Of a stretch of DNA of 64,000 bases, positions 11,801 to 24,639 are shown one piece after another; positions within the stretch are counted from its first letter, which is position 1, and each line of letters begins with the position of its first letter. Origin of the DNA: Obrimoposthia wandeli (lineage: Eukaryota); the NCBI GenBank assembly GCA_977020255.1, contig CDROCS010002743.1, positions 186,001-250,000 on the forward strand. Reading direction: 5' to 3'. The notes beneath the pieces are model-generated. The model had not been told where the DNA came from, searched no databases, and worked only from the letters and a program-made list of their open reading frames with translations. The position numbers and the translations under genes are program-made.

Positions 11801-14443
11801 TATTACACGTACCCACAGGCTGTTGATGATTATTCGAAAAATCTCCACTCAGATATAAATGACTCTCTCATTTTGTGACATCCTAGTTTATTTCAACAAT
11901 CCTTACTCATTACAGTAACTGATGCTCTGGAGTCCTACAGCATTTCTACATCTACATCATTAATCTTCATTATACTTAATTCGCGACCATCATTCTTCAT
12001 ATACATATTTTCATTCCTCTTTGGTTCTATATGATTGGTTCCCACCGACGAAATGTGAGCAATTGGAAGTATCACCTTTCCCTGATTAACACCATGTATT
12101 ATCATGTCGTCATTATTACAATCTTCTAAATCTTGATTATTTTCTTCCACTTCTTCTGTTATACAAAGTACTCTTGAAGTTTTATGTGGGTTCTTTAAAA
12201 GATAGCAGTTGTTGAAATTGTGACCTTTTTTTCTGTAAATCAAACATTTGTGATTGAGAAGACATTGATTTCAGAAATGACCTTATTCACTACAACAAAT
12301 ACATGTTCCTGGCTGAAGTTCTTCCCTTTTTGTGACAGGTAGTCCCTTAGCTAAGTTATATTTTCTTTTAGCTATTTGTTTTAAGGAAAACCTTGACATT
12401 TATCTCCTAATATTGTGATTTTGGGCGTCTATATTTATGTCTATTTTTTCTTCATTAACATAATTTCTTTGTTCCTGATGTATTGATACTGGTACTGATA
12501 CTGGTTTCTTCGTATTGTTTGAGAAATGACTGTTGTCAGGACAGTTGAATTCTCTTTTCACAGTATTTGCATACGTATTATGCATTGGTGCAATAACGGT
12601 ATTCTTATTCTCGATTTTGCTTTACACCTTTGCAAACGCCTCTATTTCTTCTTTTTGCATCTGTGGTTTTAATAAGAACTGCTCCTTCAGTTTTTCACTT
12701 CTTACTTTAATCTAAGCGTCAGTCAGCTCATTTTGCTAACATTATTTTTCCATCATAGCCTCAACGAGTTTTTTTCACTCTAATGCTGAACTCTGAGAAA
12801 CGCTCGCCTTCTACTTGCTTCACTTTTGCAAGTTCGCAAACTTTGTCAACTATGGATTTCCTTACTAGGAAATTGTCTTCAACTTTTTTTTGACTTCGAT
12901 ATCTGAATTTAACTTTTACTGGCATCTTTCCATAATAATCCAGCTTCTTCGGTCAACAGCAACTCAAATACATCCCCAATATTAATCTTATTTGCGTCAA
13001 CCCATTCTCCTATATCCTTTAACCATTGTTACTTTGAACTCATTTCATCATATCTTCTTATGTTATACTGGAACATTATTATTTACTCTTTAGGCATAGT
13101 CTTGATGATATTCTTCTTTGATTGACTTCTCGTCACTACATTTATTTCGGCGTGGTCGCCAGTTATGTTTTCTATTGTAGGCATAATTCAAGACTTTAAT
13201 TTCATAACACAATTATATTCTGAATATTAAATATCAGTTTTTTAACAAATTATTGAAAGTAAGATAATTCCGGTTTCTGATTATATAACATTTCTTTACG
13301 ATGTTCTATTTTAAAATTAAATTCTGATAAATTTGCCAGCCATGTTCGAAATTGAAGACTGATTGGTTTTTCATCGTTCTTAATAACACTAATACTTTAT
13401 GATCTGTTCTTTCCAAAATTCTGGTTCATATAAATATTGTTTGAAATGCGTAATAAATTCGTATACTGCTAAAAGTTCTTTTCTGGTAACATAATAGCCT
13501 TTCTCATGAGAAGTCAAATGTCTTGAAGCGTATGCAATCACTTTTTCGTTTCTCATTTCATCCAGTTGGTTCAATACTTCCACAATCGCACCAAAGCTTG
13601 CGTCTTTATCTATTATAAAATTTATATTTCTAAGTCTAATATGAGAACTGTTAATTTTTCTTTTAGTAATGCAAAAACTTGTTTTACATCTGGTGACCAT
13701 TATATTGAACCCGCTGCATATAGTGGAGCTACAATTTTGGAATAATATTTAATAAATAGCCGATAATAGTTTGGCATTCCTAGGAATGATCTTAGTTTTC
13801 CGCTACAATCTGGTTCTTGGAAATTTCTGATTTGTATGTATTCCGCTTTAATATATTATTTATAAAAAGCGTCAGTAGCTCGTATTTGCTTACGTTGTTA
13901 TCCATCATGGTATTAACGAGTGTTTTAAAACTCTTGTGCTGAACGTTGAGAAACGTTCGCATTCTAATTGCTTCATCTTTGCAGTTAGCATATTTTATCA
14001 ACGTTGTATTTCTATTCTAATTTTTTTTTCAAGCCCTTTTTTTACTTCAATTGCTGAGTTAATCGCTTCACTGGTATCCTTCATAATGCAGCTTCATCGG
14101 ACAACAGTAAATCTAATGCATCCCCGATATTAAGATCATTTGCGTTGACCCAGTCTCCTATATCTTTTAACCACTTTTCTCTTTCCTTTGAACTCGTTCT
14201 ATAATATATTCTTATGTTGTACTGCAACATCATTCTAATCTCTTTTGAATGAGACTAGTGAATATTCTCTTTGATTGACTTCTCGTCAATACATTTATTT
14301 CGGCGTGGTCATCAGTTATGTTTTCAATCGTAAACATAATTCAAAATAGTCAGATTCTACAAACACTATATTTATACATGTATACAGAATATTTATATAC
14401 AAATATTCTCGATAGGATATTTCTGGCTTCTGATTACATAACT
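8895..14443 (-). mobile_element. Degenerate Ty3/Gypsy LTR retrotransposon with three ~130-bp LTRs
   Basis: LTRs at 14314-14443, 13161-~13290 and 8895-9022 (AGTTATG...CATAACT termini in the intact copy). PBS TGGCGACCACGCC at ~13149-13161 (-). PPT GAAGGGGAG at ~9024-9032 (-). Two broken CCHC knuckles (~12200-12310), PR (L*DSRAS), RT (MCVDYRQLN, VYLDDILVY), RNase H (VIAYASKHL...RADHKAL...HGNADGMSR) and IN (LIVIDRFSK...LLTDRG...ERAIRT). Many stops and frameshifts. Confidence 0.92.
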
Positions 14444-14476
14444 ATCACAGTTAATTTGCTAAACGTCGTTGCGCAG

Positions 14477-14680
14477 ATCCGATTGCAGATGCAGCGAACG
14501 ATGCAAGAGCACGCTGCCGTCTTCCGCGACGGGCCTGTGTTACAGGAGGGTGTCAAGAAGATGTATGATATCTACAACAACTTGATGCCCACTATGCGCG
14601 TACATGATCGCAGTCTCATTTGGAACTCGGATCTTGTAGAAGCCCTCGAACTACAAAATCTGATGCTGAATGCTCTTCAG
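14477..14680 (+). CDS. SDHA: SDHA exon
   Basis: IRLQMQRTMQEHAAVFRDGPVLQEG...WNSDLVEALELQNLMLNALQ. cag|ATC...CAG|gtctga, 204 nt. Confidence 0.97.
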
Positions 14681-15180
14681 GTCTGATTGATTTTCTAACT
14701 TCAGCTCACTAATTTTGATAACAAATACCACAAAAAGTTAAAATCAATTCTATTCCATAAATACATGTTTTTAAATAAACTTAAGGACGTGAAATTCTGC
14801 GTATATTTTACGATTTTCAGCAATCACATGGAAATATTTAACATAATATACAATTATATTTTTTATTTGATTTTACCACTTTGAATAAAATATTTATTCT
14901 ACTTGTTAGATTGAACAACTTCGTATGTCGAAAACAATAAGAGTAGATAAAAAGGCAAATGTTAAGTTGAGTTCAGATGGATGTCGACTTGTAGACAGTT
15001 TGCAGAAGATACGAGAGGAACACAATAATCTTTATTGTTTGTTTTGACTTCTACATTTTGGTGAAATTTTATTCAATACGATTGACGCCAGGAACGGTTC
15101 ATCTGACATGTTTCTAGAAGTAATTCAGCACCCATGGTGCTCCATGCATCACTGCTAAAGTGAGCATCGTTCTCCTGCAG

Positions 15181-15444
15181 ACCATCGTGAGTGCAGAGAC
15201 TCGCAAGGAAAGTCGCGGAGCGCACTCGCGGGAGGACTTCAAGACGCGCATCGATGAGATCGACTATGCCAAGTCGCCCGAGGGTCAGACGCCGTTACCG
15301 ATGGAGAAGCACTGGCGCAAGCATACACTGTCCTCCCAGGACATCGCCAGTGGTAAGGTAAAACTCGAGTACCGGCCGGTAATCGATGGCACTCTGGACG
15401 AGTCTAAGTGTCAAAGCGTGCCGCCCAAGATCCGTTCATACTGA
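15181..15444 (+). CDS. SDHA: SDHA terminal coding exon
   Basis: [20 protein letters not shown]...HWRKHTL...LEYRPVID...VPPKIRSY*. Acceptor cag| at 15180. Confidence 0.97.
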   Translation, partial: TIVSAETRKESRGAHSREDFKTRIDEIDYAKSPEGQTPLPMEKHWRKHTLSSQDIASGKVKLEYRPVIDGTLDESKCQSVPPKIRSY

Positions 15445-18270
15445 GAGATGAATTCGGTCATTGTCGCTGTTGTGTCTGACAAGTATATATCTGCTGTTGT
15501 TTCTCTCTCTCTCTCACTATCTCGCTCCCAGCTTAGCTGTGCTCTAACTCGTTAGCTGCTTTGTTGTTTGCCAACAGGAGATTTGCAATTAACCGGTTCC
15601 TGTGCGCTTGCGCTTGTTAGTTCTTTCGGTTTTTGTTGAGATCTAGTCGGATTAAGCAATTTTAAGTTTTGATCTACAACCATCAGTGAAATTAAAAATG
15701 TTTCCTGCAACGAATTTTAATAATGACAATGTTTCTTAACTGATTTCTGTTTTAGTCCGACCTAGCTTTTTTATAATTGAAATATAACAGTAGAAATGTA
15801 GTGTTAGGTTGTAGTTTTTATTAATCTTAATTACTGTATCAAAATAACCCAGAATTCAAACTTTCAAGATTTTATCTAACATTTTTTATTGGTTGTAGTT
15901 TATTGTCCTGTCATACAGCTTAAATGTTTTACTGCCAAAGTTATTCAAGGAATTTTTATCTAGAGCAACTGTGCGATGATTAATAAATGAGTTAAATGAT
16001 AAAATCTCTGAAATACTTGCTCTAAAATACTTAAGAAATTTGCTTAACGTTTATTTTTAAAGTAACTTAATCTTTTTATTATATGGATTTGAAAAAAATT
16101 CATTAATTTGTTAAATGAATATAAATGTATTTGTTTTAATACTATAAAATAAGTAGAAACAAATTTTTATAAATGTATTTTTTTCAACAAATAAATTTTA
16201 GAATTTAACCTCAAATATAGTTACAAATGTAGAAAACGAAAATATAGGGCGTCCCAAATGATTTCCCATTTAAAGATTTAAAATCATACTTTTATAACTT
16301 TAGTAACATTTTGCCAAAAAAAATGTTGGAAATTAAGAAGATGGATGGAAAAGAAAAATCGAAATATGATATTGGGTTTAACAAAACGAATTACTAATTA
16401 GGTTGATAATACACAGAATTTTTAAATAAATAATTATGTTTTAAAATCCCAACTAATAATATACGATTTGTAATGTGATATGACTCAAGAAAATATAGGG
16501 TATGAGACTTCGATTACTAAATTATTGCAATTTATTAAAGAAAACATTAAATAGAGCTCGTTTACAAAGTTAAGTTTATAATTATTTAAATGAAAATACA
16601 AGATTTTTAATTAAATGTCAATTAAAAATTTTCCGGTTTCTTAGTTTTCCTGAATATGTAATAGAGAACAGACTACTCTTTAAATTAAATTCTTTGGGGA
16701 CTGATAGAACTTACAAGCATACAGTACACTGAATTTTATCATGGATGTTTCTAAAAACATATTTATTTTCTCACCGTAATTGAAACTCGATTTTTATTTT
16801 GGATTTTACATATATTTTGCAGATTTTCTCTATATTATTTGGGTTTAAAAACTAACACCACTTATGATAAATATAACCGATTACTTCTGATGCTTGTCAA
16901 TACTGATAATGAATTATTGAAAAATATTTCTCTGTGTTCGTATACAATATATGTAATTTCTAACATGTACGTGGATTTTAAAATATGTTAACTTAGTAAC
17001 CAAAGGTTGTTTCAAACAAACTCTCAATCAAACTTTCAATCAAAAACACTAAAAATATAATTTATTGTACATGATTTTTTTATTCATACAAAGTTCTTTC
17101 TATATATTATAATTTTCATTTCCCTATTCTGTTGTTTTTGAATTTATCTCATTTGAATTTTCATTGAAATGAAAAACAATGTATTGGATCAGTAAATACA
17201 TAAATAACAATTTTATTTTTAAAGGAATATCCTGACCTGTTTGCATTACAAAATAGACAAAGTGGTCTGTAGAAGATAGAGTAACGGGTCACGTGCAGAC
17301 CATCAGTTAGAAAGCCTTGATATATACAGACTTCATTATATGTTGTACTGTCAAAATTGAAACTTTAAAGCGATTAATACCTAAAGTGTTGATTTTCAAA
17401 AAATTTTATTGGTTAATATTTCAGACCAAAAATATATTAATTCACTTACATAACTTTTAAAACCAAACTATCACAATTATATTCAAATAAAAAGGTGCTA
17501 GTATAAGTGAATATATAATGAAGATCCATTGGCTGCTGATCAATGTCAGAATTGAAATAAAAAATCGACGTATTATCAAAAATGGTATTATCTCATAAAA
17601 GCTGATGTAGTGAGTATGTATATACATTTTAGGAGTAACGATAAGGATTGCATATTAGTTAAATTTTTAAAATACAAACATAGTGATGGAATATTTTAAA
17701 TTTATGCTCCCGTTGGAGTTAGGTGTTATGGAAGCGTTTAACTTGTGAGTTTTTGAAGACAAAGACTTGTTGTAGTGCCTAACCTGATTTTATCTGAATG
17801 TAATTATGTTCATCAGTATACACACCCTAACCTCAGTGGGATAACGTTAATGCAGCACAGGTATTTCATCAGGAGAAAAGCAACAGCTGCCATTGTTGCT
17901 CACACGCTATTATATCTCGATTATGTCTGGGTTCCGTAAAAATAAGCAAATTTTAAAACAAAATGTATCACATAACAAATACATTACAACGTAAATTATT
18001 ACAAGATCAAGTTGTCAGATATAAAATACCATAAAAATGTTCACACTATTGTCTGTTGTAAAATTTGTTCTGATTCCCGTGTCGGGTTACTCAGTTAAAA
18101 GCAAAATTAAAAGCACTCCGAATTTTTACAACAATATACCTATTAATATAAGAAGCTGTAACAATGTTTAAAAATTCAAGAAGCAGGTAAAGACTTTGCT
18201 ATTCAGGATATATTACGAAGAATGGAAAACAGGAAGCGATTTTGAGTAATAAATCATAGATATATTAGAT

Positions 18271-18340
18271 CAGTGCTTTTCAACCTTTTTGCTGGAGCGG
18301 AACCCCATGGAAACATTCCACTGGCTGGAGGAACCCTGTG
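18271..18340 (+). mobile_element. Probable hAT-type left end (solo)
   Basis: CAGTGCTTTTCAACCTTTTT...GGAACCCC resembles hAT/Charlie-type termini. No partner end found. Confidence 0.4.
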
Positions 18341-18889
18341 CAATAATTTAATAATTAGTGAATGTAGCTTCAACAGACTGCCTCAGATCTTGCGTCTCTT
18401 CATCTGCCAATCTCAAAATCGTATGAATAGGACACCACGTACCCTTTTTCAATAATTTCTCAACTTACCCAGTAAGTTAGCATATTTTGAGTAAAATCTC
18501 CTCTCACTGAAATAACCTTAGGTCACTTCAGCTACTCAAATAAACCCCAGCTAACATCATCATTTTATCGGATTGTCACTCACAAAGTCCCTGTGTCCGT
18601 AGTAATTATCTGTTTGGGTTAATTATGCATTGTAAGTCTTGATTAGTCTCACTTAGTCTGTTTTCCAGTTTGATTCTAATCCAAAATTATATCGAAAATT
18701 CTGCTGATTAAAAATGGCCCAGTAGGCATTCGTATTAATTCATGTGATTTCAATAAAGAAAGCATCACGTCGTATCCATTTAAACTTTAAAAATAAGTTG
18801 AAGACGTTACTGTTGGAGTTTGTTCCTATTTCTTTTCAAATCCAAGGCCTATTCGCACACAAATACATATTTTCCAACGAGTGTATGTG

Positions 18890-19260
18890 TTGGGGTTTTC
18901 TAATGAAACCTGATTAGAATCATCGTATAGAGACCCCCAACGTGAGTTCTGTATCGATAGGACTTATAGATGGATATGTCCTACCTATTCTCGATTATTT
19001 GAAGGTTTTTTTTTCAATCTGAAGGTTTGCTGTATTGTATTGTTTGTATTGTTTTGCCAAGACTGTGTTCAGGATAACTGGAGAGTCCCTAAAACTATTG
19101 TTGTGTTGCGTGTGGCTGATGTTTTAAGCCGGTTAGACAGATTAATATTTTGGATTAAAAAGGGTCTGTGATACACAAGACCTAAAATAAGCAAAAACTA
19201 AGCCGGAATCAATCGACGTTGACGATACTCCTTTGAATATATCAAGGCTTGAACTAGCGT
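18890..19260. repeat. Dispersed repeat, copy 1 (related copy at ~37430-37740)
   Basis: Shared blocks CGTGAGTTCTGTA..GATA, GGAT..GT.CTACCTATTCT, CCTAAAACTATTGT.GTGTT and GCAAAA.TAAGC.GGA in the same order at both loci. Confidence 0.6.
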
Positions 19261-21389
19261 CTCGTTGCTTAATTCTCAGCCCACCGATATGTGAGTCATC
19301 CTCGGTTGTTCTCTTATTTTTCTTAATTCGGTACGGTATTTGGAATAGTCGTTTATCTGAATTATTTTCCAAAAACAAATTTAAAACTATATTGATACAC
19401 AAGCTTTACACACTAAATAAACTAAAAATTACCACGTAGCAGGGTGACACTCAAGAATAGATGAACCCAATTTATCTATCAAGAATATTACTTCAATCAC
19501 TTTTAAATTTCATGGCTATATTTTATGATAATTCCCTTTAAAATACGCAACTATACAATTACAAATTACTTTAATTCAATATTTTCCAATGCAAATAACT
19601 AAATACTTTTTGTCGCCGATTCAAATTTCAAGCGATATTTTCAAGTATGATGAAATCCTCTGTTCAGCTTTTTCCTCGCATCGATCACTCAGTCAACTAG
19701 GGAACTTCCTGTCATCTCCGCGTGGTTTTCGTCTGTTTCACTTTCTCCTGAACGGCAATTTCGTCTGGGTTTCACTCCTGGTATTGATCTAAAACTGTGT
19801 TTCAAAATGATAAATATCGCCTTAATTACCTGTAATCGCATGCGAGTTACTGCAGCTGCTGATGGACTATTCTTGAAGTCCTTTTTCCAATGATCGCTAT
19901 TATGTTGTTCTGCGTCTTGTATCAATTTGTAATTATCAAAACATGACTAACTGTACAAGAATATACAGCCGGATGTATTCTCTTTTCGACAGTTGCGGAT
20001 TGAAATTTCGCCAATGTTCGGAATTCGACTGTTGAATAGTTTTCTATAAACACCTTTTCCGTACTTTTGTTCCAATCTCTTAATTTTCAAGCTCATTTTC
20101 TCGGGTCTTTATTTTCACTTTTCATGCTCATAAATACATATTTCTTGACCTCTTCAAGGTCTCAATTTATTTAATGTATCACATTTTAAATTCATTTTAT
20201 AACATATTTTTATTTATTTTAACCTTGAATGTTTTAAGGTTAAATTCTTAGTATAAATAAGTAATTATTAATTTATATTCTAATTTTTTTCTAATCTAAC
20301 ATATGTTGGTAAGATTTCTCAGATTGATTAGTATCACTTGTCTTCGTTTATCGGCTTCGATCTCGGATAGTTCTTGAGAGGAGAACTTGATGACTCCCAT
20401 TCAAAGTATTGCAATGACAACGTACGAGAATGATATGCACAATTTATGTTTGTGGTTTTTATTCAACCTTTGACGATTGTTATATTTTCCCACCTTTATG
20501 TATGTAAATTATAAATACAGAAGCATTTCTTGATAAAAACATTATTTTATATTAAATATCAAAAAGTGCATATCATGTTTATTAAGACTGCGGATAGTTG
20601 AAATATATTTTAAAATATTTATTCTTAACTTAGGTGTCAAACATGTACATATTATATTTTATATAATTTTTTCTTTATTTATAATAATGGTAATAAAAAT
20701 TCACATACTTCAAATTTTTGACCAATTGTCTTTGATTTAAAGAATAATAACTTAGTATCGTAATAGTTTCTAATGTAGTCTATTTTAACTTTGAAAGATA
20801 TCGACCGAAATAAAATCCGGAAAATGTGAAGGCTTTTAGAGAATGCGGAAAATATCAATATCAATAAGACATGATTATTTTAATCTGAAATATAAATTTT
20901 CTCCTGTACGTAATCGGAAGAAAAATTGTTAGGGACAATATAGAACCACTCTGCATAAGAAGTTCAAACAAACTGAAATTTTTCAGGAAATAGGTGAGAA
21001 ATTCCATTACTCAGTGAAACTTATTTCTTTTCAATTTCCGTTCTGATTTGAGATACAGTTCTAGTTGAAGAGTGAATGCATACTTCTGTGCCCGAGAAAG
21101 AGTCAGTGAGATACTAAACAGCATTTTTTGGGGTATTACCGGCTCCATATTGTCATAAGGTAGACACACAACGCTGATTGGTGAGTGTTGATTACAAAGT
21201 GGACACAAGAATGCGGAAATGAAGCTTACAGTCGTCCCGTAGACTACTTTCATCAGTAGATGCAGATGCAGCGTGCGTAGTAGTCAAGCTCAGTTGGCAA
21301 GGTGCTTCTGCTGTAGCTACTGTTTCTCTACAAGTAGTGCTATAAGAAACTGCAGCAGCAGCTGTAGCATTAGTAGTAGTTGTGCAAGA

Positions 21390-21596
21390 ATGAGCACAAT
21401 GCGCCACCAGCAGAAGAAGCAGCAGAAGCAACACCGATTGCCTACGACAGTGGACTGGTGGAAGCATTTACCTGGTGTGGCCGTCTCCCGTTCTCAGACG
21501 GTCGCTCCTCATGAAGGATCAGGCCGCTCTTCACAAGGTGATTCGCAGACTGCCAGTGACACAGAGGCGGATGCTACAGTCGATGATCCCACCCTG
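21390..21596 (+). CDS. LRRC74A/B-like LRR and EF-hand protein, exon 1
   Basis: ATG 21390 MSTMRHQQKK...DDPTL|gtgagt, 207 nt, phase 0. Low-complexity N-terminus, so assignment rests on GC content, the donor site and phase compatibility. Confidence 0.65.
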
Positions 21597-21899
21597 GTGA
21601 GTCCCTCTCAATGCCATAGGACGACCCACACACTCCAAACAAGAATATACTGATACTCTGATTCGAGATTAGTTATTTAAACATTGACACACTTTCTCAT
21701 CCTTAGTTCAAGAGAAAAATATTATTGACTTCTGAGAAAATTCTTTCATTACATTGGTGCACAAAAACTTACATACATTTAATACACAGAAAAATACATA
21801 TAGATTCACAAAAGACACACGATGAGACTGTGTAAAATGAATGTATTGCGATAGTTACAATGATTAATTTTCAGTCTATTGACTACTTATAATGAAGTA

Positions 21900-21985
21900 A
21901 ACCGCTGCGTTTCAAATTTCTTTTACATTTGGCGTCAAGGGCCACCCTCTTGAGACACCATCAGTAGTCAGCCATCATTGGCCAA
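21900..21985 (-). mobile_element. CMC/Chapaev-like transposase C-terminal relic
   Basis: Minus-strand translation WPMMADY*WCLKR resembles the MMADYCWxLKR tail of Chapaev-type transposases. Confidence 0.5.
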
Positions 21986-22809
21986 TTTCTTTAATAACGT
22001 AGCTCAATTGAAGCTAGATCGCTTAAAACTCTTACCTTCAGTTTTGAGGAAAGTATTCCATTTTACAATAATATAGAAAATTTAAATTATTTTGTGGAAA
22101 TATCTAGCAACAAATAGTTTTAAAATTATCTCTAAAATACTTATAGGATATTATAATGAATTTTCGTGAAACAAAATGATTTATAGTAGTCTAATAGTTC
22201 CTGACAAATCAATTTATCAGATTTTTAGTTATATTTAATCAAATATCGAATTTGATTATCTACGTTTTCTATAATTTAACATATTTCTTAGATACATAGT
22301 AAATTTCTTGTAAATATCCAGCTTGAAAACATTGCCCAATGAACCAAAAATTAGATTTACATTATATCAACACTTATACAAACATTTTTAACTATGTATA
22401 TACACTTGATTTCGTTTAATCCAGTTATGCTTTATCAGTTTTTTTTGCGTAAACAAGTAAAATTTTGAAGTTTCAAACAATTTAAATAATTTCTTATTAA
22501 TATTAAATTGTATAAACCGGTTTCACTTAATCCAATATTTTGTATATACCGGTGAAAAATAATGTTTTCAATATGCATATTAGTGTTACTAATCCAGTAA
22601 TTTTCAAACAAGTGGTCAACATTTATAATGTAGAAAATTAAATAATATTTAGTTTCTGTCAATTTTTAGAAATAAAATTAATAATTCTTGTTCCAATAAA
22701 CTTGTAAAAATATCACAAATTCTATTACACATGTAAAAATAGATTTTGTAAAAAAGGAAATGCAATGTTTGTTTTGATACTTATATAAATTGTTAGATGA
22801 AAATGATGA

Positions 22810-23580
22810 ACGATAAATGACAGAAGACAGAATTTAGTACAGAAAAAAGTACAAGATACTATGTTATGTAGAAATAATTCCGAATCGGAAGAAAAAATAA
22901 ATTGGTGATCATTTTAATATGAAACAACAGACGCTCAGAGATATGCTGGAAAAAAAGACAGTGTAAAGGAGAAATATCGCTCGATATTTGGATAAAGAAA
23001 GAGATTAAAAGTCAATAAACTTCAGAAAACATCGGAAGCTTTACTTTAATGGTTCACAATTATAATCTAAAGTATATAGATATTTATCTTGGAATAGACT
23101 TTGACCAATATGTACTGCAGATGATAATTTGGAAGTTGCTGCGATTGCGAGCGTAGAGAAAATAATCGAATTGATTAGTGAATCGAGTAATTATGGCCAA
23201 GAATAACAGGATGATTCCTTGCCTCTGATTGTGCCAACATATCAAGAAGCTACCAAAGCTGTGTATACTCAAAGCACGTTTCTCCAAACTTATTTGAGAT
23301 TCAAGGATGCTCACTTATTTCTGTTTTCGATATACAGAAAAATATAATTCAAAACAGCATAATAATGTCAATAATCAATATTAAAAAACAATTGAACTTT
23401 TGTATTTTAGTATTTGTAATTCTTTAATAGAAGCACTTTATGTTAGATAGACTTACAATTTATGTTTAAAGTACTATAATAATTGAATTTTATTTTACTC
23501 TTTGAAAATTCGGTTAATTGTTTAATCTGGTGTTTTATGTTGGTCCCGAATAAACTGGATTAAACAAATTCAACAGTACA
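22810..23580 (+). mobile_element. Tigger/pogo-like transposon relic
   Basis: HTH-like IGDHFNMKQQTLRDMLEKK, C-terminal DQYV.ADDNLEV...VPTYQEATKAV, and a degenerate right end GATTAAACAAATTCAACAG-TA. Confidence 0.45.
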
Positions 23581-24396
23581 TCAAAAGTGCAAAAAAAAAT
23601 ATTAGTTTTAAATTTCTATAAAGTTGTTTTCAAAAGCTTGATTACACAGGTAGATATATTTTATAATTGAAAACTAAACCTTTAGCCCCTTGGTAGATAT
23701 TGGATATCGCAAATAAGCAAACTTTTGCATTTATACAAGGGAAAAATATTATTTTTTTAGTTTGCATATAACTAACAAAAATTGGAAATGGAAATCTGTC
23801 AGGGTAACAAATTGTTGTGAAGCCTAGTAGTTCTTCGTAAGTACTAAATACAAATATAATGACTAACTTAGCAAATATCTCTTTTGAAATTTAAGGTTGT
23901 TGAACATCGGAATTTCAAACTTTCTGGTTTGAAATAAAAACTTAGATAGCGTTTTCAAAAGCCACTACATAAATCGAGAATGCCAAACTAACCGTTTCTG
24001 AGTATATCAGACATCAGTTTAAGTAGAAATACATTGTAAAATTGACAGGAAAAGTTGTATTAGAATTTGCAGTGTTGTAAATGTCAATACTGCACAACAT
24101 TCTTATCCGCTATGAAAAAGTGGTCATGTGAAAATATTGTTCTCGAAGATCTGATTATCGTGATCACACTATAGTTAGAGCAATAACAAGGTCTCGAAGT
24201 TGCATTGCGACTGAATAAGTAAAAATATTTCACTGAATTCAAATAATCAAAATTTAATAATGAATTTTAAATTCTTTATTTTTCCACAAAATCGTTTTAA
24301 TTTTTTCCGACCTTAACATGTCTGAATTTCGAGTTGGACATGTAATATAGCGATGTGCTCGTTATCACAAGCAATAAATATGATTATTGATTTCAG

Positions 24397-24639
24397 GCCA
24401 CAACAATGCCGACAGTGCCGATGAAGATTGAGGCGGATATGAGCCCGAAGAAGACGAATCGGGACAAGAGCGGATACGAGGCCATCTGCGAGAGGAAAGG
24501 AGCGGTGACCAGTCGTAGATTGGTGGAGGTTCTACGCAAGAAGACAAGTAGCCATGAAGATGATAGGGGGATTGTGGTGTCCTTGCGACATTACGGTATG
24601 CGAGAAGATGGACTTCAGGCGGTGTCAAAGTCCATCTCA
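24397..24639 (+). CDS. LRRC74-like exon 2
   Basis: cag|GCC...TCA|gtgagt, 243 nt. YEAICERKGAVTSRRLV...SLRHYGMREDGLQAVSKSIS resembles the LRRC74 pre-LRR segment. Confidence 0.85.

Noticed and set aside
18350-18790. Possible non-LTR RT relic on the minus strand (also ~50200-50650)
   Set aside because: Only loose similarity (SRIF..IL, KG..QA) and no YxDD recovered; not supportable by eye.
21273-21389. Open frame upstream of the LRR ATG (Cys/Ser-rich)
   Set aside because: No ATG; built from AGT/AGC low-complexity repeats typical of a 5' UTR.
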